Source: Thermoplasmata archaeon
GTDB lineage: Archaea; Thermoplasmatota; Thermoplasmata; RBG-16-68-12; JAFNFQ01
Direction of reading: 5' to 3'
NCBI GenBank assembly: GCA_041489255.1
Contig: JBGPQV010000023.1
Span: 1 to 39,830 of the forward strand
DNA: 39,830 bases
This document shows, piece after piece, positions 16,169 through 26,549 of the stretch. Below the pieces are notes generated by a model. It saw only the letters and a program-made list of their open reading frames with translations, did no database searches and was not told the DNA's origin. The stretch's first letter is position 1; the number at the start of each line of letters is the position of its first letter. The position numbers were made by a program, and so were the translations under genes.

Positions 16169-18491
16169 CCGCCTTCGGCTTCCTCGCCTTTTTCACTTTC
16201 TTCTCCGGCGGCTTCGGCTTGTTGTTCTTGGTCTTCCCGGGGCACTCCATGTTGATACACAGGACCCACGTGCCCTTGCCCCGGAAAGTCGTCTCTATGA
16301 TCGGGCTGCCGCAGTGTTCGCATTTCCTGCCCGTGACATGGATCGGGCCTTTCTGCGGCAGGGGATAGGTCTGGGTGCATTTCGGGTAATTGGCGCACCC
16401 CACGAACCTCTTGCCCCGGCCCGAATATCTCAGGGTCAGGTTCCCGCCATCCTTGGGGCAGACCCCGATGTGCCTCCTCTTGACCACGCTGGGGCACTCT
16501 GAGTTGACGCACATCTTCGTGACCCTGCGGCCGTCCACGTGCTGTATCATGATCGACTTGCACTCGGGGCAGTGCTCGCCCGTCGCCTCCAGGTCGCCCG
16601 TCTGCGGGACGCTGTTCCACGTCCTGCACTGCGCGTAGTTCATGCACGTGAGGTAGCGCCCGCCGCGGTTCGTCCTCGCGATGTAGAGGTCCCCGCCGTC
16701 CTTGGGGCACTTGCCAACGACGTTCTGCTCCTGCATCGCCGCCTTGATTGATCTGCCGATAGCGTCACGATGGGTGTCCATCACGTCGAGGACGTCGGCG
16801 AGCATCTCCTGTGACTCCGTCACCACGTCCTTCTCCGTGCGGATGCTCCTAGCGACCTCGTCCATGTCCGACTCCAGGTGCGCGGTCATCTCCGGCTCAG
16901 TGATCTTCCTCGCGTGGGTCTCGAGGGCGAGCACCATCGCCCTGCCAGTGCTTGTCGGCTTCAGGAACCTGCCTTCGATGTAGTTCCTCTCGAACAGCTT
17001 CTGGATGATCTCGTGGCGGGTCGACTTGGTGCCGAGCCCCTTCCGCTCCATTTCCTGAATTATTGACCCTTGTGAGTGCCTCGGCGGTGGCTTCGTCTTG
17101 TTGTGCTCCAGGTCGTGTATCTTGACTATCTCGACAGAATCACCCTGAGACATCGTAGGGATCGTTTTCTCTTCTCGGTCATAATAGGAATAGTACTTCC
17201 TCCAGCCGGGTGACTTGACCCGGTAGCCCTGGGCCGCGAAAACCTCCTCGTTGACGTCGATCCGGGCCTCCTGGTGCACCGCCACGGCGTTGGGCGCGAG
17301 CGTCGCGAGGAACCTGCTGACGATGAGCTCGTAGATCCTCCAATAGTCCGTCCTCATCCCCGTCTTCTTCGCCGCATCGACGGGATAGATCGGCGGGTGG
17401 TCGGTCGTCTCTGTCTTCCCCCTGGTCGGACGGATCGAGGGTTGTGCGAGTATCTCGGTGGCGGCATCGCTGAACACGGATGCCTTGAGTTTGTTCAGGA
17501 CCCCTCTGAGGTTCAGCGTCGGCGGATAGACCGTGTTGTCTGTTCGCGGGTACGATATATAACCGTCCTGGTACAGGTTCTCGGCGATCTTCATCGCCTG
17601 CGCCGCGCTGAAGCCGATCCTGTTCGCTTCCGTGATGAATATCGTCGTGCTGAACGGGACCGGGGGTCGCTCCTCCTTCTCCTGTTCCTCGTAACTGATG
17701 ACCTTCCCGTCGACGGCAAGGCAGGCCCTCGCCCTCGCCGCTTCCGCTTCGTCCCTCCGCCAGAACGGGTTCTTCTCATGGGCCGCCCTGAACTCCTCAC
17801 CCTTCTTCAGCAGCGCGAAGAGGGACCAGTAGTCCTGCGGGACGAAGTTCTCTATCTCCTTCTCTCGATCGACGACCAGTGCGAGCGTTGGCGTCTGGAC
17901 GCGCCCGACCGAGAGGAAGTCGTGGCCTAGCTGGTTCGCGGCAAGCGACATGAAACGTGTGAGTGTCGCGCCCCAAGCGAGGTCGACGACCTGGCGGGTC
18001 TCCGCCGACTCGGCAAGCGCATAGTCCACATCCACCAGGTTCTCGAAGGCGCGGTCGATGTCCGTTTTCGTCAGAGCCGAGAACTTCGCGCGCCTCACGG
18101 TCTTGTTCGGCGAAACCGGGCGCATTATCTCCAGCGCCTCGACGCCGATCAGCTCCCCTTCCCTGTCATAGTCAGTCGCGATGATGACCTCGTCGGTCTT
18201 GGCGGCGAGCTCCTTGAGCGTCTCGACGATGTTGTGCGCGGTCACTTCCTTGATCGGCTCGGCCCAGATCAGCTTCTTGAGCTCGGTCGCCTCCCATCTG
18301 TTGAACTCGTCGGTGTAGTCCAACTTGAGGACGTGGCCCCTGAGACCAACGACCGTCCACTGATCACCGCCCCTGTCGAACTCGAACACGGCGACTTTGC
18401 GGGGGTACGACCGCCTCGTTTTGCCCTCAGAAAGTATGGAGGCGATGCGCATCGCGGCGTGGTTCTTTTCTGTGACGACGAGTCTGCGCAC
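16152..18491 (-). CDS. topA: Type IA DNA topoisomerase with C-terminal Zn ribbons
   Basis: TOPRIM VTEK and ATDYDREGE, SVGRVQTPTL, catalytic ISYPRTD, GLGTKSTR, several CxxC ribbons, Lys-rich tail. The 3' end overlaps the convergent MBL gene by 17 nt. Confidence 0.97.
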   Translation of the reverse strand: MRRLVVTEKNHAAMRIASILSEGKTRRSYPRKVAVFEFDRGGDQWTVVGLRGHVLKLDYTDEFNRWEATELKKLIWAEPIKEVTAHNIVETLKELAAKTDEVIIATDYDREGELIGVEALEIMRPVSPNKTVRRAKFSALTKTDIDRAFENLVDVDYALAESAETRQVVDLAWGATLTRFMSLAANQLGHDFLSVGRVQTPTLALVVDREKEIENFVPQDYWSLFALLKKGEEFRAAHEKNPFWRRDEAEAARARACLAVDGKVISYEEQEKEERPPVPFSTTIFITEANRIGFSAAQAMKIAENLYQDGYISYPRTDNTVYPPTLNLRGVLNKLKASVFSDAATEILAQPSIRPTRGKTETTDHPPIYPVDAAKKTGMRTDYWRIYELIVSRFLATLAPNAVAVHQEARIDVNEEVFAAQGYRVKSPGWRKYYSYYDREEKTIPTMSQGDSVEIVKIHDLEHNKTKPPPRHSQGSIIQEMERKGLGTKSTRHEIIQKLFERNYIEGRFLKPTSTGRAMVLALETHARKITEPEMTAHLESDMDEVARSIRTEKDVVTESQEMLADVLDVMDTHRDAIGRSIKAAMQEQNVVGKCPKDGGDLYIARTNRGGRYLTCMNYAQCRTWNSVPQTGDLEATGEHCPECKSIMIQHVDGRRVTKMCVNSECPSVVKRRHIGVCPKDGGNLTLRYSGRGKRFVGCANYPKCTQTYPLPQKGPIHVTGRKCEHCGSPIIETTFRGKGTWVLCINMECPGKTKNNKPKPPEKKVKKARKPKAVKARS

Positions 18492-18591
18492 GGCAGTGAA
18501 AGCACAGCGGGACCCTATTTATTGGTTTGCGAGAAGGTATCAGGAGGGCTAGATTCCGTAGGAATCTAGACGACTGAACGCCACCGGAATA

Positions 18592-19446
18592 TCACAGCAG
18601 CTGCGCGATGTCGCTCGGGTACTTCGCGACCTTGACCCCGACCTTCTCGAACGCCTTGATCTTCGATTCGGCAGTGCCCATGCCCCGCTGGATTATCGCG
18701 CCGGCGTGGCCCATGCGCTTCTCCGGCGGAGCGGTCAGTCCCGCCACGTAAGCCGCGACCTTCTTCGTCACGTTGCCCTCGATGTACCTCGCGGCCTCTT
18801 CCTCCGCCGTGCCACCGATCTCGCCGACGAGAACGATCTTTTCCGTCTGCTTGTCCTCTTCAAACAGCTTCAGCGCCTCGACGAAGTTCGTGCCGATTAT
18901 CGGGTCCCCGCCTGAGCCCATGCAGGTGCTCTGGCCCATCCCCGCCGCGGTCATCGCCGCGACGACCTCGTAGGTGAGAGTCCCGCTCCTCGAGATGACT
19001 CCGACGCTGCCCCTCTTGAATATGTGCGAGGGCATGATGCCGCACTTCGCCCGCCCCGGCGAGATTATCCCCGGCGTGTTCGGGCCTATGATCGCGACGT
19101 TCTTCGCCCTCGCGTACGGCATGATGTCCAGGCAGTCATGGAAAGGGACTCGTTCGGTGATGATGACGACCAGCCTGATCCCCGCCTCTATCGACTCCAC
19201 GACCGCGTCCTTGGTGAAAGGCGCCGGCACGAAGATGATGCTCGTATCAGCCCCTGTGACGGCGACCGCCTCGGCGACGGCGTCGAACACGGGCACCCCG
19301 TTGACCTTCTCTCCCGCCTTCCCCGGGCTCGTTCCCGCGACGACCTTCGTCCCGTAGTCCATCATCGCCTTGGTGTGGAACTGACCCTGGTGACCGGTGA
19401 TTCCCTGCACCACCACCTTGCTGTTCTCGTCGAGCAGAACCGCCAT
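18592..19446 (-). CDS. sucD: Succinyl-CoA synthetase alpha subunit
   Basis: VVQGITGHQG, IIGPNTPG, SRSGTLTYE, phospho-His motif KRMGHAGAII. Confidence 0.96.
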   Translation of the reverse strand: MAVLLDENSKVVVQGITGHQGQFHTKAMMDYGTKVVAGTSPGKAGEKVNGVPVFDAVAEAVAVTGADTSIIFVPAPFTKDAVVESIEAGIRLVVIITERVPFHDCLDIMPYARAKNVAIIGPNTPGIISPGRAKCGIMPSHIFKRGSVGVISRSGTLTYEVVAAMTAAGMGQSTCMGSGGDPIIGTNFVEALKLFEEDKQTEKIVLVGEIGGTAEEEAARYIEGNVTKKVAAYVAGLTAPPEKRMGHAGAIIQRGMGTAESKIKAFEKVGVKVAKYPSDIAQLL

Positions 19447-19447
19447 A

Positions 19448-20551
<1,104 letters not shown>

Positions 20552-20651
20552 GCTCCGACCCCGTGGCGGCTCGATGCCCTGGACGGATATATCAATTGCG
20601 GAGGTGCGCTGCCCGGGTAATCCGGCCGTCGATGGAGCTGCGGGAGCGCGC

Positions 20652-21533
20652 TCACTTCTTGCTGATCGGCGTGCCCGTGGACATCACGAGGTCCCTGTAC
20701 GCCTTCATGAGTTCCTTGGTGATCGGGCCCGGCTTCCCCTCGCCGATCTGCCGCCCGTCCACCTTCGCGACGGGGCCGACCTCGGCGGCCGTGCCGGTGA
20801 TGAAGCACTCGTCCGCGGTCCAGACGTCGAACAGAGAGAAGAACTGCTCGCGGACCTGGTACCCCCTTTGCGTCGCGAGCTCGATGACCGTCTCCCTCGT
20901 GATGCCGGGGAGGTTGGTCGATGTCGGCGGCGTGGTCAATGTCTTCTTGTTGACTATGAACAGGTTGTCCGCCGATGCCTCTGACACGAAGCCCTGCAGG
21001 TCCAGCATCAGCGCCTCGTCCGCGTTCGTCGCGTTCGCCTCGATGCGCGCGAGGACGTTGTTGAGGTAGTTGAGCGACTTGATGCTAGGGCTGAGGCTCT
21101 GCGGCGGGATTCGCCTGTGCGACGCGGTGATGACCGAGAGGCCCCTCTCGTAGGCGTCGCCGTAGAGAGACAGCTGCGGCACCGCGATGATGATCACGCT
21201 CGCTCCCTTCTTGCACTTCCTCGGGTCCAGCCCGAGGTCACCTTCGCCTCTCGTCACAAGCGGCCTGATGTAGCCCGTCTCGATGTTGTTCCGCCTGCAT
21301 GCTTCGAGGATGAGCTCAGTCATCTCGGCCTTGCTCATCGGGATCGTCAGGTCTATCGCCCTGGCGGACAGGAAGAGCCTGTCCACGTGCTTCTCGAGCT
21401 TGAAGACGCGCCCGTTGTAGGCCCTTATCCCTTCGAACACGCCGTCGCCGTAGAGGAAGCCGTGGTCGAGGATCGATACTTTCGCCTGGCTCTGCGGGAC
21501 CCAATCGCCCTTGACGTAGAACAAGTTCTCCAT
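20652..21533 (-). CDS. ilvE: Branched-chain amino acid aminotransferase (PLP fold IV)
   Basis: DHGFLYGDGVFEGIRAY, KSLNYLNN, LPGITR, ADECFITGTAAEV. Confidence 0.95.
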   Translation of the reverse strand: MENLFYVKGDWVPQSQAKVSILDHGFLYGDGVFEGIRAYNGRVFKLEKHVDRLFLSARAIDLTIPMSKAEMTELILEACRRNNIETGYIRPLVTRGEGDLGLDPRKCKKGASVIIIAVPQLSLYGDAYERGLSVITASHRRIPPQSLSPSIKSLNYLNNVLARIEANATNADEALMLDLQGFVSEASADNLFIVNKKTLTTPPTSTNLPGITRETVIELATQRGYQVREQFFSLFDVWTADECFITGTAAEVGPVAKVDGRQIGEGKPGPITKELMKAYRDLVMSTGTPISKK

Positions 21534-21594
21534 GCCAAATTCCCCTGCGATTAGCTGATTGTGGGAGCGGATAAAGAGTTTACCGTGGGGTTCA

Positions 21595-22500
21595 CTATAC
21601 GAGCATTTCGCCGGTGAGACGCTCGTAAAGATTCGCGTACAACGAGCTGACTTGCGTCAGGACATCTGGTGGCAGGGCGGGAATCGGCGGCTCGACTCTC
21701 TTCTTCTCGCGCGCCGCCATGAGCTTCGCGTAGTACCCGGTCGACCGGTAGTACTGCCTCACGAACTCCTTGCTTAATTCGACGCATTTCCCGTTCCCGT
21801 ACTCCTTCGCGTCCCAGAACCTGTCCTCGTCGGCGGTGCCGAAGGTGTCCACGATCATCAGCTCCCGCCGCGCGTCGAGGGCGAACTCCTTCTTGCCGTC
21901 GACGTGGATGAGGCCGCGCCCCCTCACATCCTCGCTGACCTTCCTGTCTATCCTCATGGCGGTCTCCCTGACCTCCTCGTAGTCGCGGCGGGTGAGCCCG
22001 GCGATGCGCAGCGCCTCCTCGCGGTCGACCGGCCTGTCGACCTTCTCCAGCTTCGTGGTCTGCTCGAAGAGCGGGTCCGGCAGCTTCTCGCCGTATTCCG
22101 GCTTGTGGCCCTTGGGGAAGCCGAGGTCCCGGGGCTCGATCTTCCCCGCCTTGATCCTGTCGTGGAGCGACCCGGCGACGTAGTACCTCGTGATGAGTTC
22201 CAAGGGGATGAGGTAGTTGCTCGTGCTCGTGCTGATGCGCGAGTAGTTCGGGATCACATCCACCCTGGACACGCGCATCTTGTTCGGCGCCGTCACCTCC
22301 TTGAAGTGCGTGGACATGCCCATCTCCTCGCACACCTTGAACCAGTGGGCGCTCGTCCTGCACAGCGTCTCGCCCTTGCGCGGCACGAGTGACGGGATGA
22401 TCTTGTCGAAGACGCTTATCTGGTCTGTGAAGACGAACTCCAGCTCTGTGTCCGAGACCTCCCAGACTTCCTTGACCTTGCCCTTGCGGAGGAGCTTCAT
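21595..22500 (-). CDS. purC: SAICAR synthetase
   Basis: Start ATG 22500: KGKVKEV, TDQISVFD, IPLELITRYYVAGS, VDGKKEF, DEDRFW, SKEFVRQYY. The track extension to 23019 is spurious. Confidence 0.95.
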   Translation of the reverse strand: MKLLRKGKVKEVWEVSDTELEFVFTDQISVFDKIIPSLVPRKGETLCRTSAHWFKVCEEMGMSTHFKEVTAPNKMRVSRVDVIPNYSRISTSTSNYLIPLELITRYYVAGSLHDRIKAGKIEPRDLGFPKGHKPEYGEKLPDPLFEQTTKLEKVDRPVDREEALRIAGLTRRDYEEVRETAMRIDRKVSEDVRGRGLIHVDGKKEFALDARRELMIVDTFGTADEDRFWDAKEYGNGKCVELSKEFVRQYYRSTGYYAKLMAAREKKRVEPPIPALPPDVLTQVSSLYANLYERLTGEMLV

Positions 22501-22544
22501 CGCCTCGGGATTCGTGGCAGCGGTAAAATGCTTTGCGCGTGCGG

Positions 22545-23237
22545 CTAGAAGACCTCTACCTCGCTGTGGACCTCGATGCCCTTGTCCGTTATGTTGTACG
22601 GCTTCGGGTCCCGCGAGTGCTTGTGCCGTCTCATCTTGATTATCTGCGTGACAAGCTGCACCGACCTGCTCTCCCCGTAGATGAACCTGAGGCTGATGAC
22701 CCCGTCGCTCACGTACTCGACGATGCCGTCCCTCGACGAGTACGGGTTGTCGTCCTTCGTCTCGGCGGTGAAGATGCAGGTCGCATCGGTCTTTCTTATC
22801 TGGTTGCAGAGGCTGAACAGCCTCGCTCTCCTCTCGACGTCGTCCGCGAACATCATCCCCAGCAGCGACACGGAGTCTATCACTATCCTCTGGGCCCCGA
22901 ACTTCTTGATGAACTCGGGCAGCTCGCCCTTGACCCTGGTGATGGTCGCTTTCGCGTCGGCGGGTTCGAGCTTGATCAGCGCGAGCTTCTTGTCCTTCAC
23001 GTAGGGGCTCAAGTCCCATCCGAAAGAGGCGGCGTTCGCGTTCAGCGACTCCGGCTCCTCCTCCAGCGTGATGAAGATGCCCTTCTCGTTGTTGATGAGC
23101 CCCTTCAACAGGAACATGAGGCCGAGAGTCGACTTGCCTGTCCCGAAGGAGCCCAGCACCGTGACCACGTGTCCCTTCGGCAGGCCGCCGCCCAGCATCT
23201 CGTCCAGACCATCAACGCCCGTGCTCACGAGTTCCAT
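22545..23237 (-). CDS. Single-domain KaiC-like (RAD55/RecA superfamily) ATPase
   Basis: STGVDGLDEMLGGGLP, intact Walker A GSFGTGKST, LEE, Walker B IVIDS, IIKMR, ITDKGIEV. Confidence 0.92.
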   Translation of the reverse strand: MELVSTGVDGLDEMLGGGLPKGHVVTVLGSFGTGKSTLGLMFLLKGLINNEKGIFITLEEEPESLNANAASFGWDLSPYVKDKKLALIKLEPADAKATITRVKGELPEFIKKFGAQRIVIDSVSLLGMMFADDVERRARLFSLCNQIRKTDATCIFTAETKDDNPYSSRDGIVEYVSDGVISLRFIYGESRSVQLVTQIIKMRRHKHSRDPKPYNITDKGIEVHSEVEVF

Positions 23238-23246
23238 GCGATCACC

Positions 23247-24137
23247 TCAGACGATCCTCTCGAAGTTGAAGACCTCGAGTCCTCCGTTGTAAGTGACCAT
23301 GGTGGGGAACCTGGCGATCTTGCCCTCGGGGAGCCGCGGCAGGACGCTCGTGAACTTCTCCACGTACATGTACCTCTGCCGCTTGCTGCTGGTGAGGTAG
23401 TGCTTCCACTCGAACACCAGGCAGCCGTCCACCGAGTCCATGATCATCTGCTCGTACTTCTTGTCGAGAATGCCCCGTGCGAGTATCAGGTAGATTATCC
23501 CGTCCCATGTCTTCGCCGCCCTCTGCATCCCCTTCAACGCGGCGACGAGGTCCTTCATCTCGACTGTCTCAGTCTCGATCAGGTCCGTCAGCGAGTCCAC
23601 GACGACCATGGAGCCCCTGCCGTTCTCATCGAGGAAGTTGACGAGCTCCTCGAGGATGTCCGTGGCCTTTGATTCGAACGGAGACTCCTGCTGGGTCCAG
23701 CTCGACGGGACGACTGTGTTCTTGAAGTAGGTGGAGGAGAAGTCCTTGAAGACCGTGAAGTCGCGGAATGCGAAGAAGAAGTCCGGATTGAAGGAGGTTG
23801 AGAGTTCCTGGAGGATTCCCTCGCGCGACCTTGAGAATGTCACGTAGCAGATCCTCTCGGGCAGGTAGGCGTCGTCGCAGGAGCTGCCGAGCCTCCAACG
23901 CTTCACCCGCGGCTGCGCGCGGGCCATCGCGAGCTTGCAGGCGGACGTGTAGACGAACTCCTGCGTCCCAGCGCCGACGTCGCCCCAGAGCAGGACGACG
24001 GAGCCCGAAGGGAAACCGCCTCTCACGATGCCGTCGAGGTCCGCGACCCCTGTGGGTATGCGCTTGACAAAGGTCGGATCAATTTCTTTGACCGGCACTT
24101 CCTCTGCCGGTGGATCGATGCTGCCTGTTAGAGCCAT
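23247..24137 (-). CDS. KaiC-like ATPase with degenerate Walker A
   Basis: IPTGVADLDGIVRGGFPSGS, P-loop GDVGAGTQE lacking the Lys, VVVDSL, and VEKF where KMR is expected. Confidence 0.85.
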   Translation of the reverse strand: MALTGSIDPPAEEVPVKEIDPTFVKRIPTGVADLDGIVRGGFPSGSVVLLWGDVGAGTQEFVYTSACKLAMARAQPRVKRWRLGSSCDDAYLPERICYVTFSRSREGILQELSTSFNPDFFFAFRDFTVFKDFSSTYFKNTVVPSSWTQQESPFESKATDILEELVNFLDENGRGSMVVVDSLTDLIETETVEMKDLVAALKGMQRAAKTWDGIIYLILARGILDKKYEQMIMDSVDGCLVFEWKHYLTSSKRQRYMYVEKFTSVLPRLPEGKIARFPTMVTYNGGLEVFNFERIV

Positions 24138-24182
24138 CCCAGTGCACTAATGCCCCAGGTCGGATAAAGCCTTTACTCTGCG

Positions 24183-25079
24183 CTATATCTTCTTCATCCG
24201 GCCGAGCACGGGCTCATAGACGAGCCCCTTGTCCAAGAGGACGTTAACCAGCTCCTCGAGCTTGTCCCTGTCGACCTTGTGCTTCTTCGCGCCCTCGAGT
24301 ATCGCGTCCCACGAAGCTCCCTTCCCGTCCTTGTCCAGCTGTTCGATCAGAGCCAGGACATCTCCTTCGAGTTGGTCGTCAGCGCCCTTCTGCGGCGCTT
24401 TCTCCGCGACCTTCTCCTCCACCTTGATGACCCCCTCGGTCTCCGGCGGGCGGGACTCCTGGAACTCGGGGAGGAGGTAGCGCAGCGACTCCGCGAGCAT
24501 CGAGCTGTACCGGCTGAGGTCGACATTGCCATAGTGGGCGACGGCAGCAACGAGGCCGGCTGACAGCGAGCTGGAGCAGCCGAGCTTGAGGAGCTCCCCG
24601 ACGGTCGGCGGGTTCATCTGGTACGCTTCCCTGGCCGCCTCGAGCCGCTTCTTCAGGCTCTGGCAGCTCTCCAGGACCCAGTAGTCCCTCAGGTTGGCGT
24701 CGACCACCTTGACGATCTCGGGGCGGATCGACACGTAGGTCGCGCCGCTGTCGGGCTTGTAGACCCTGCTCTTCCCGGAGACCGCCGCGAACACCGGTGG
24801 CTTGAGCTTGGACATCGCCGCCGCGGCGGCCGGCTGGAACTGCCCCGCGTAGATGTGGAACGTCCCCGTGGGGTCTGTGATCCGGCCCCGCCACATCGGC
24901 CCCTGCTCGGTGCCGACGTTCTCCATGTCAGTGAGCACGCCGACGACGAACAGCCTGTTCACCTTGGCGCCCAGGGGCGTGACCACGTAAGTGGGGCTCC
25001 TCTCGCCGCCGTCGGACATATCCAATGTGCTGTCGTTGTACTCTCCCGCAAATACCCGCCAAGCCGTCTCTCTGTTCAC
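24183..25079 (-). CDS. RPA-associated / RPA2-like OB-fold protein with C-terminal winged helix
   Basis: RETAWRVFAGE, TPLGAKVNRLFVVGVLT, DPTGTFHIYAGQFQP, SIRPE; C-terminal LLDKGLVYEP. Overlaps the RPA stop by 4 nt. Confidence 0.88.
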   Translation of the reverse strand: MNRETAWRVFAGEYNDSTLDMSDGGERSPTYVVTPLGAKVNRLFVVGVLTDMENVGTEQGPMWRGRITDPTGTFHIYAGQFQPAAAAAMSKLKPPVFAAVSGKSRVYKPDSGATYVSIRPEIVKVVDANLRDYWVLESCQSLKKRLEAAREAYQMNPPTVGELLKLGCSSSLSAGLVAAVAHYGNVDLSRYSSMLAESLRYLLPEFQESRPPETEGVIKVEEKVAEKAPQKGADDQLEGDVLALIEQLDKDGKGASWDAILEGAKKHKVDRDKLEELVNVLLDKGLVYEPVLGRMKKI

Positions 25080-26428
25080 GCAGTGTCCTCCAGCCCCTCG
25101 AGCTCCTCCAACATCGCCCTCGCCTCCTGCTCCACGTCAACCTTGAGTATCTTCGCGCCGTCGACGATCATCATCAGGCCGTAGTCGTCGCTCGTCACGT
25201 TGCCCCTGACTTCCACGGGCTGCGCGACTAGAAGGTCCGCCAGCTGGTCCCTCACGACCTCCTGGCTCATGTTCTCCTTCGCCTCCGTTATGCAGGCCTC
25301 GAGAGTCTTGCCGAGCAGGCCCTCGGTGAGTTCCTTGCCGAAGACCGCGATGAGCGCGCCGCTGCCGTCGTCGACGACCGCCTTGACCCTGAGGTCCGGC
25401 GTGCCCTGCACTTCTCCGTGAATCCGGCAGGCCATCTTCCTGAGGACCCTCTTGCACTCGGGGCAGCGGTAGACCAGTCCCGAGCCTTCCTTGATGTCGA
25501 TGACGATGCCTCTGACGACGACGTCGATCGCCCCGCCGCGCTCCGCGAGGTCCTCTATCCAGACGCGCGGTGACTTCTCCAGCTCCTCGACTGCGGGCAG
25601 CGTGCTCGCCTCGAGCTTCGAGACCGCGGACCTCTCATCGAAGCTGAACTGCGGGATCCCCCGCCAGGCCTTGACGTAGCCGCCCTCGATCTTGAGGGTG
25701 TCGCTCGGCGAGATGCTGAAGTCCTTCCATGCGGAGAACTTGACCTTGCCCGTCTCGTCCGCGAACGTGCCTGAGAAGACCGTCTTCGCGTCGCCGTTGA
25801 CCTGGACCTGCCTCTTCTCGACGTCGAGGACCCTCACGATGAGAGAGACGTTGCTCGAGCCTTCCTTGAGGTCCACGACCTTCATCGGGGTCGGTGGTCC
25901 CCTCGGAACTGAGCCCTTGCCCGGCTCGTATGGCGGGAGCGCGTCGGCGCTCTCCTTCGCCAGGGTCGTCCTGTTCCCGAAGTTGACCTGGACCTGGCCC
26001 CTGAACTCCTTCGTGTAGGCGTTCCTCACGCGGACGACGTCGCCTTTGTGGAGGTCCAGCCCCTCGACGACCCAGGCGGTGAAAGGCACCGTCCCTGTCT
26101 GGTCACCGAGGATGCCGTAGAGGATGTCCTTGGGCCCTCCTTCGACGTCAATCTGCCTGCCGTCCACGCTGACGATCCTGCAGAGCATATCGACGCTCTG
26201 CTCTCCGGGTATCAGCTCTTTGATCGTCTTCGAGACACCGAGCTGCAGCCCTGTCGGGTCGCCTCCATGCTTCCTGACTATGCTCCTCTTCGCCGTGTCC
26301 AGCGAAACGCGGTACACGTTGAGGTAGTTGTTCAGCTCGTTCTCTATCTCCTTCTCACTTACCTTCCCGCCCAGCGCCCTGCTGATGTCCCTAGCATGGG
26401 ACGCGATCTCTTCCTGCATTCTTTTCAC
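25076..26428 (-). CDS. rpa: Replication protein A (multi-OB-fold ssDNA-binding protein with Zn finger)
   Basis: Repeated OB motifs GDQTGTVPFTAW, ADETGKVKFSAW, DDGSG; Zn finger RCPECKR..CRIHG. Confidence 0.92.
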   Translation of the reverse strand: MKRMQEEIASHARDISRALGGKVSEKEIENELNNYLNVYRVSLDTAKRSIVRKHGGDPTGLQLGVSKTIKELIPGEQSVDMLCRIVSVDGRQIDVEGGPKDILYGILGDQTGTVPFTAWVVEGLDLHKGDVVRVRNAYTKEFRGQVQVNFGNRTTLAKESADALPPYEPGKGSVPRGPPTPMKVVDLKEGSSNVSLIVRVLDVEKRQVQVNGDAKTVFSGTFADETGKVKFSAWKDFSISPSDTLKIEGGYVKAWRGIPQFSFDERSAVSKLEASTLPAVEELEKSPRVWIEDLAERGGAIDVVVRGIVIDIKEGSGLVYRCPECKRVLRKMACRIHGEVQGTPDLRVKAVVDDGSGALIAVFGKELTEGLLGKTLEACITEAKENMSQEVVRDQLADLLVAQPVEVRGNVTSDDYGLMMIVDGAKILKVDVEQEARAMLEELEGLEDTA

Positions 26429-26549
26429 ATTCCTGAGATGTCAATTTCTATCTCAGTCCGTTCGTGATATCGCGCACCCACTAAAAGGGTTTGCGGGAAG
26501 GTATGTGTAACTAAAGATACATCGTTTATCTCAGCTCGACCAGAACGTG

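Noticed and set aside
22501-23019. N-terminal extension of the 474-aa purC ORF
   Set aside because: Alternative frame overlapping the KaiC-like gene; PurC similarity begins at ATG 22500.
22545-24137. Bona fide circadian clock
   Set aside because: Single-domain KaiC-like proteins with no kaiA or kaiB in the window.
24183-26428. RPA plus partner as a novel system
   Set aside because: RPA with an adjacent RPA-associated OB-fold gene is an established euryarchaeal arrangement.
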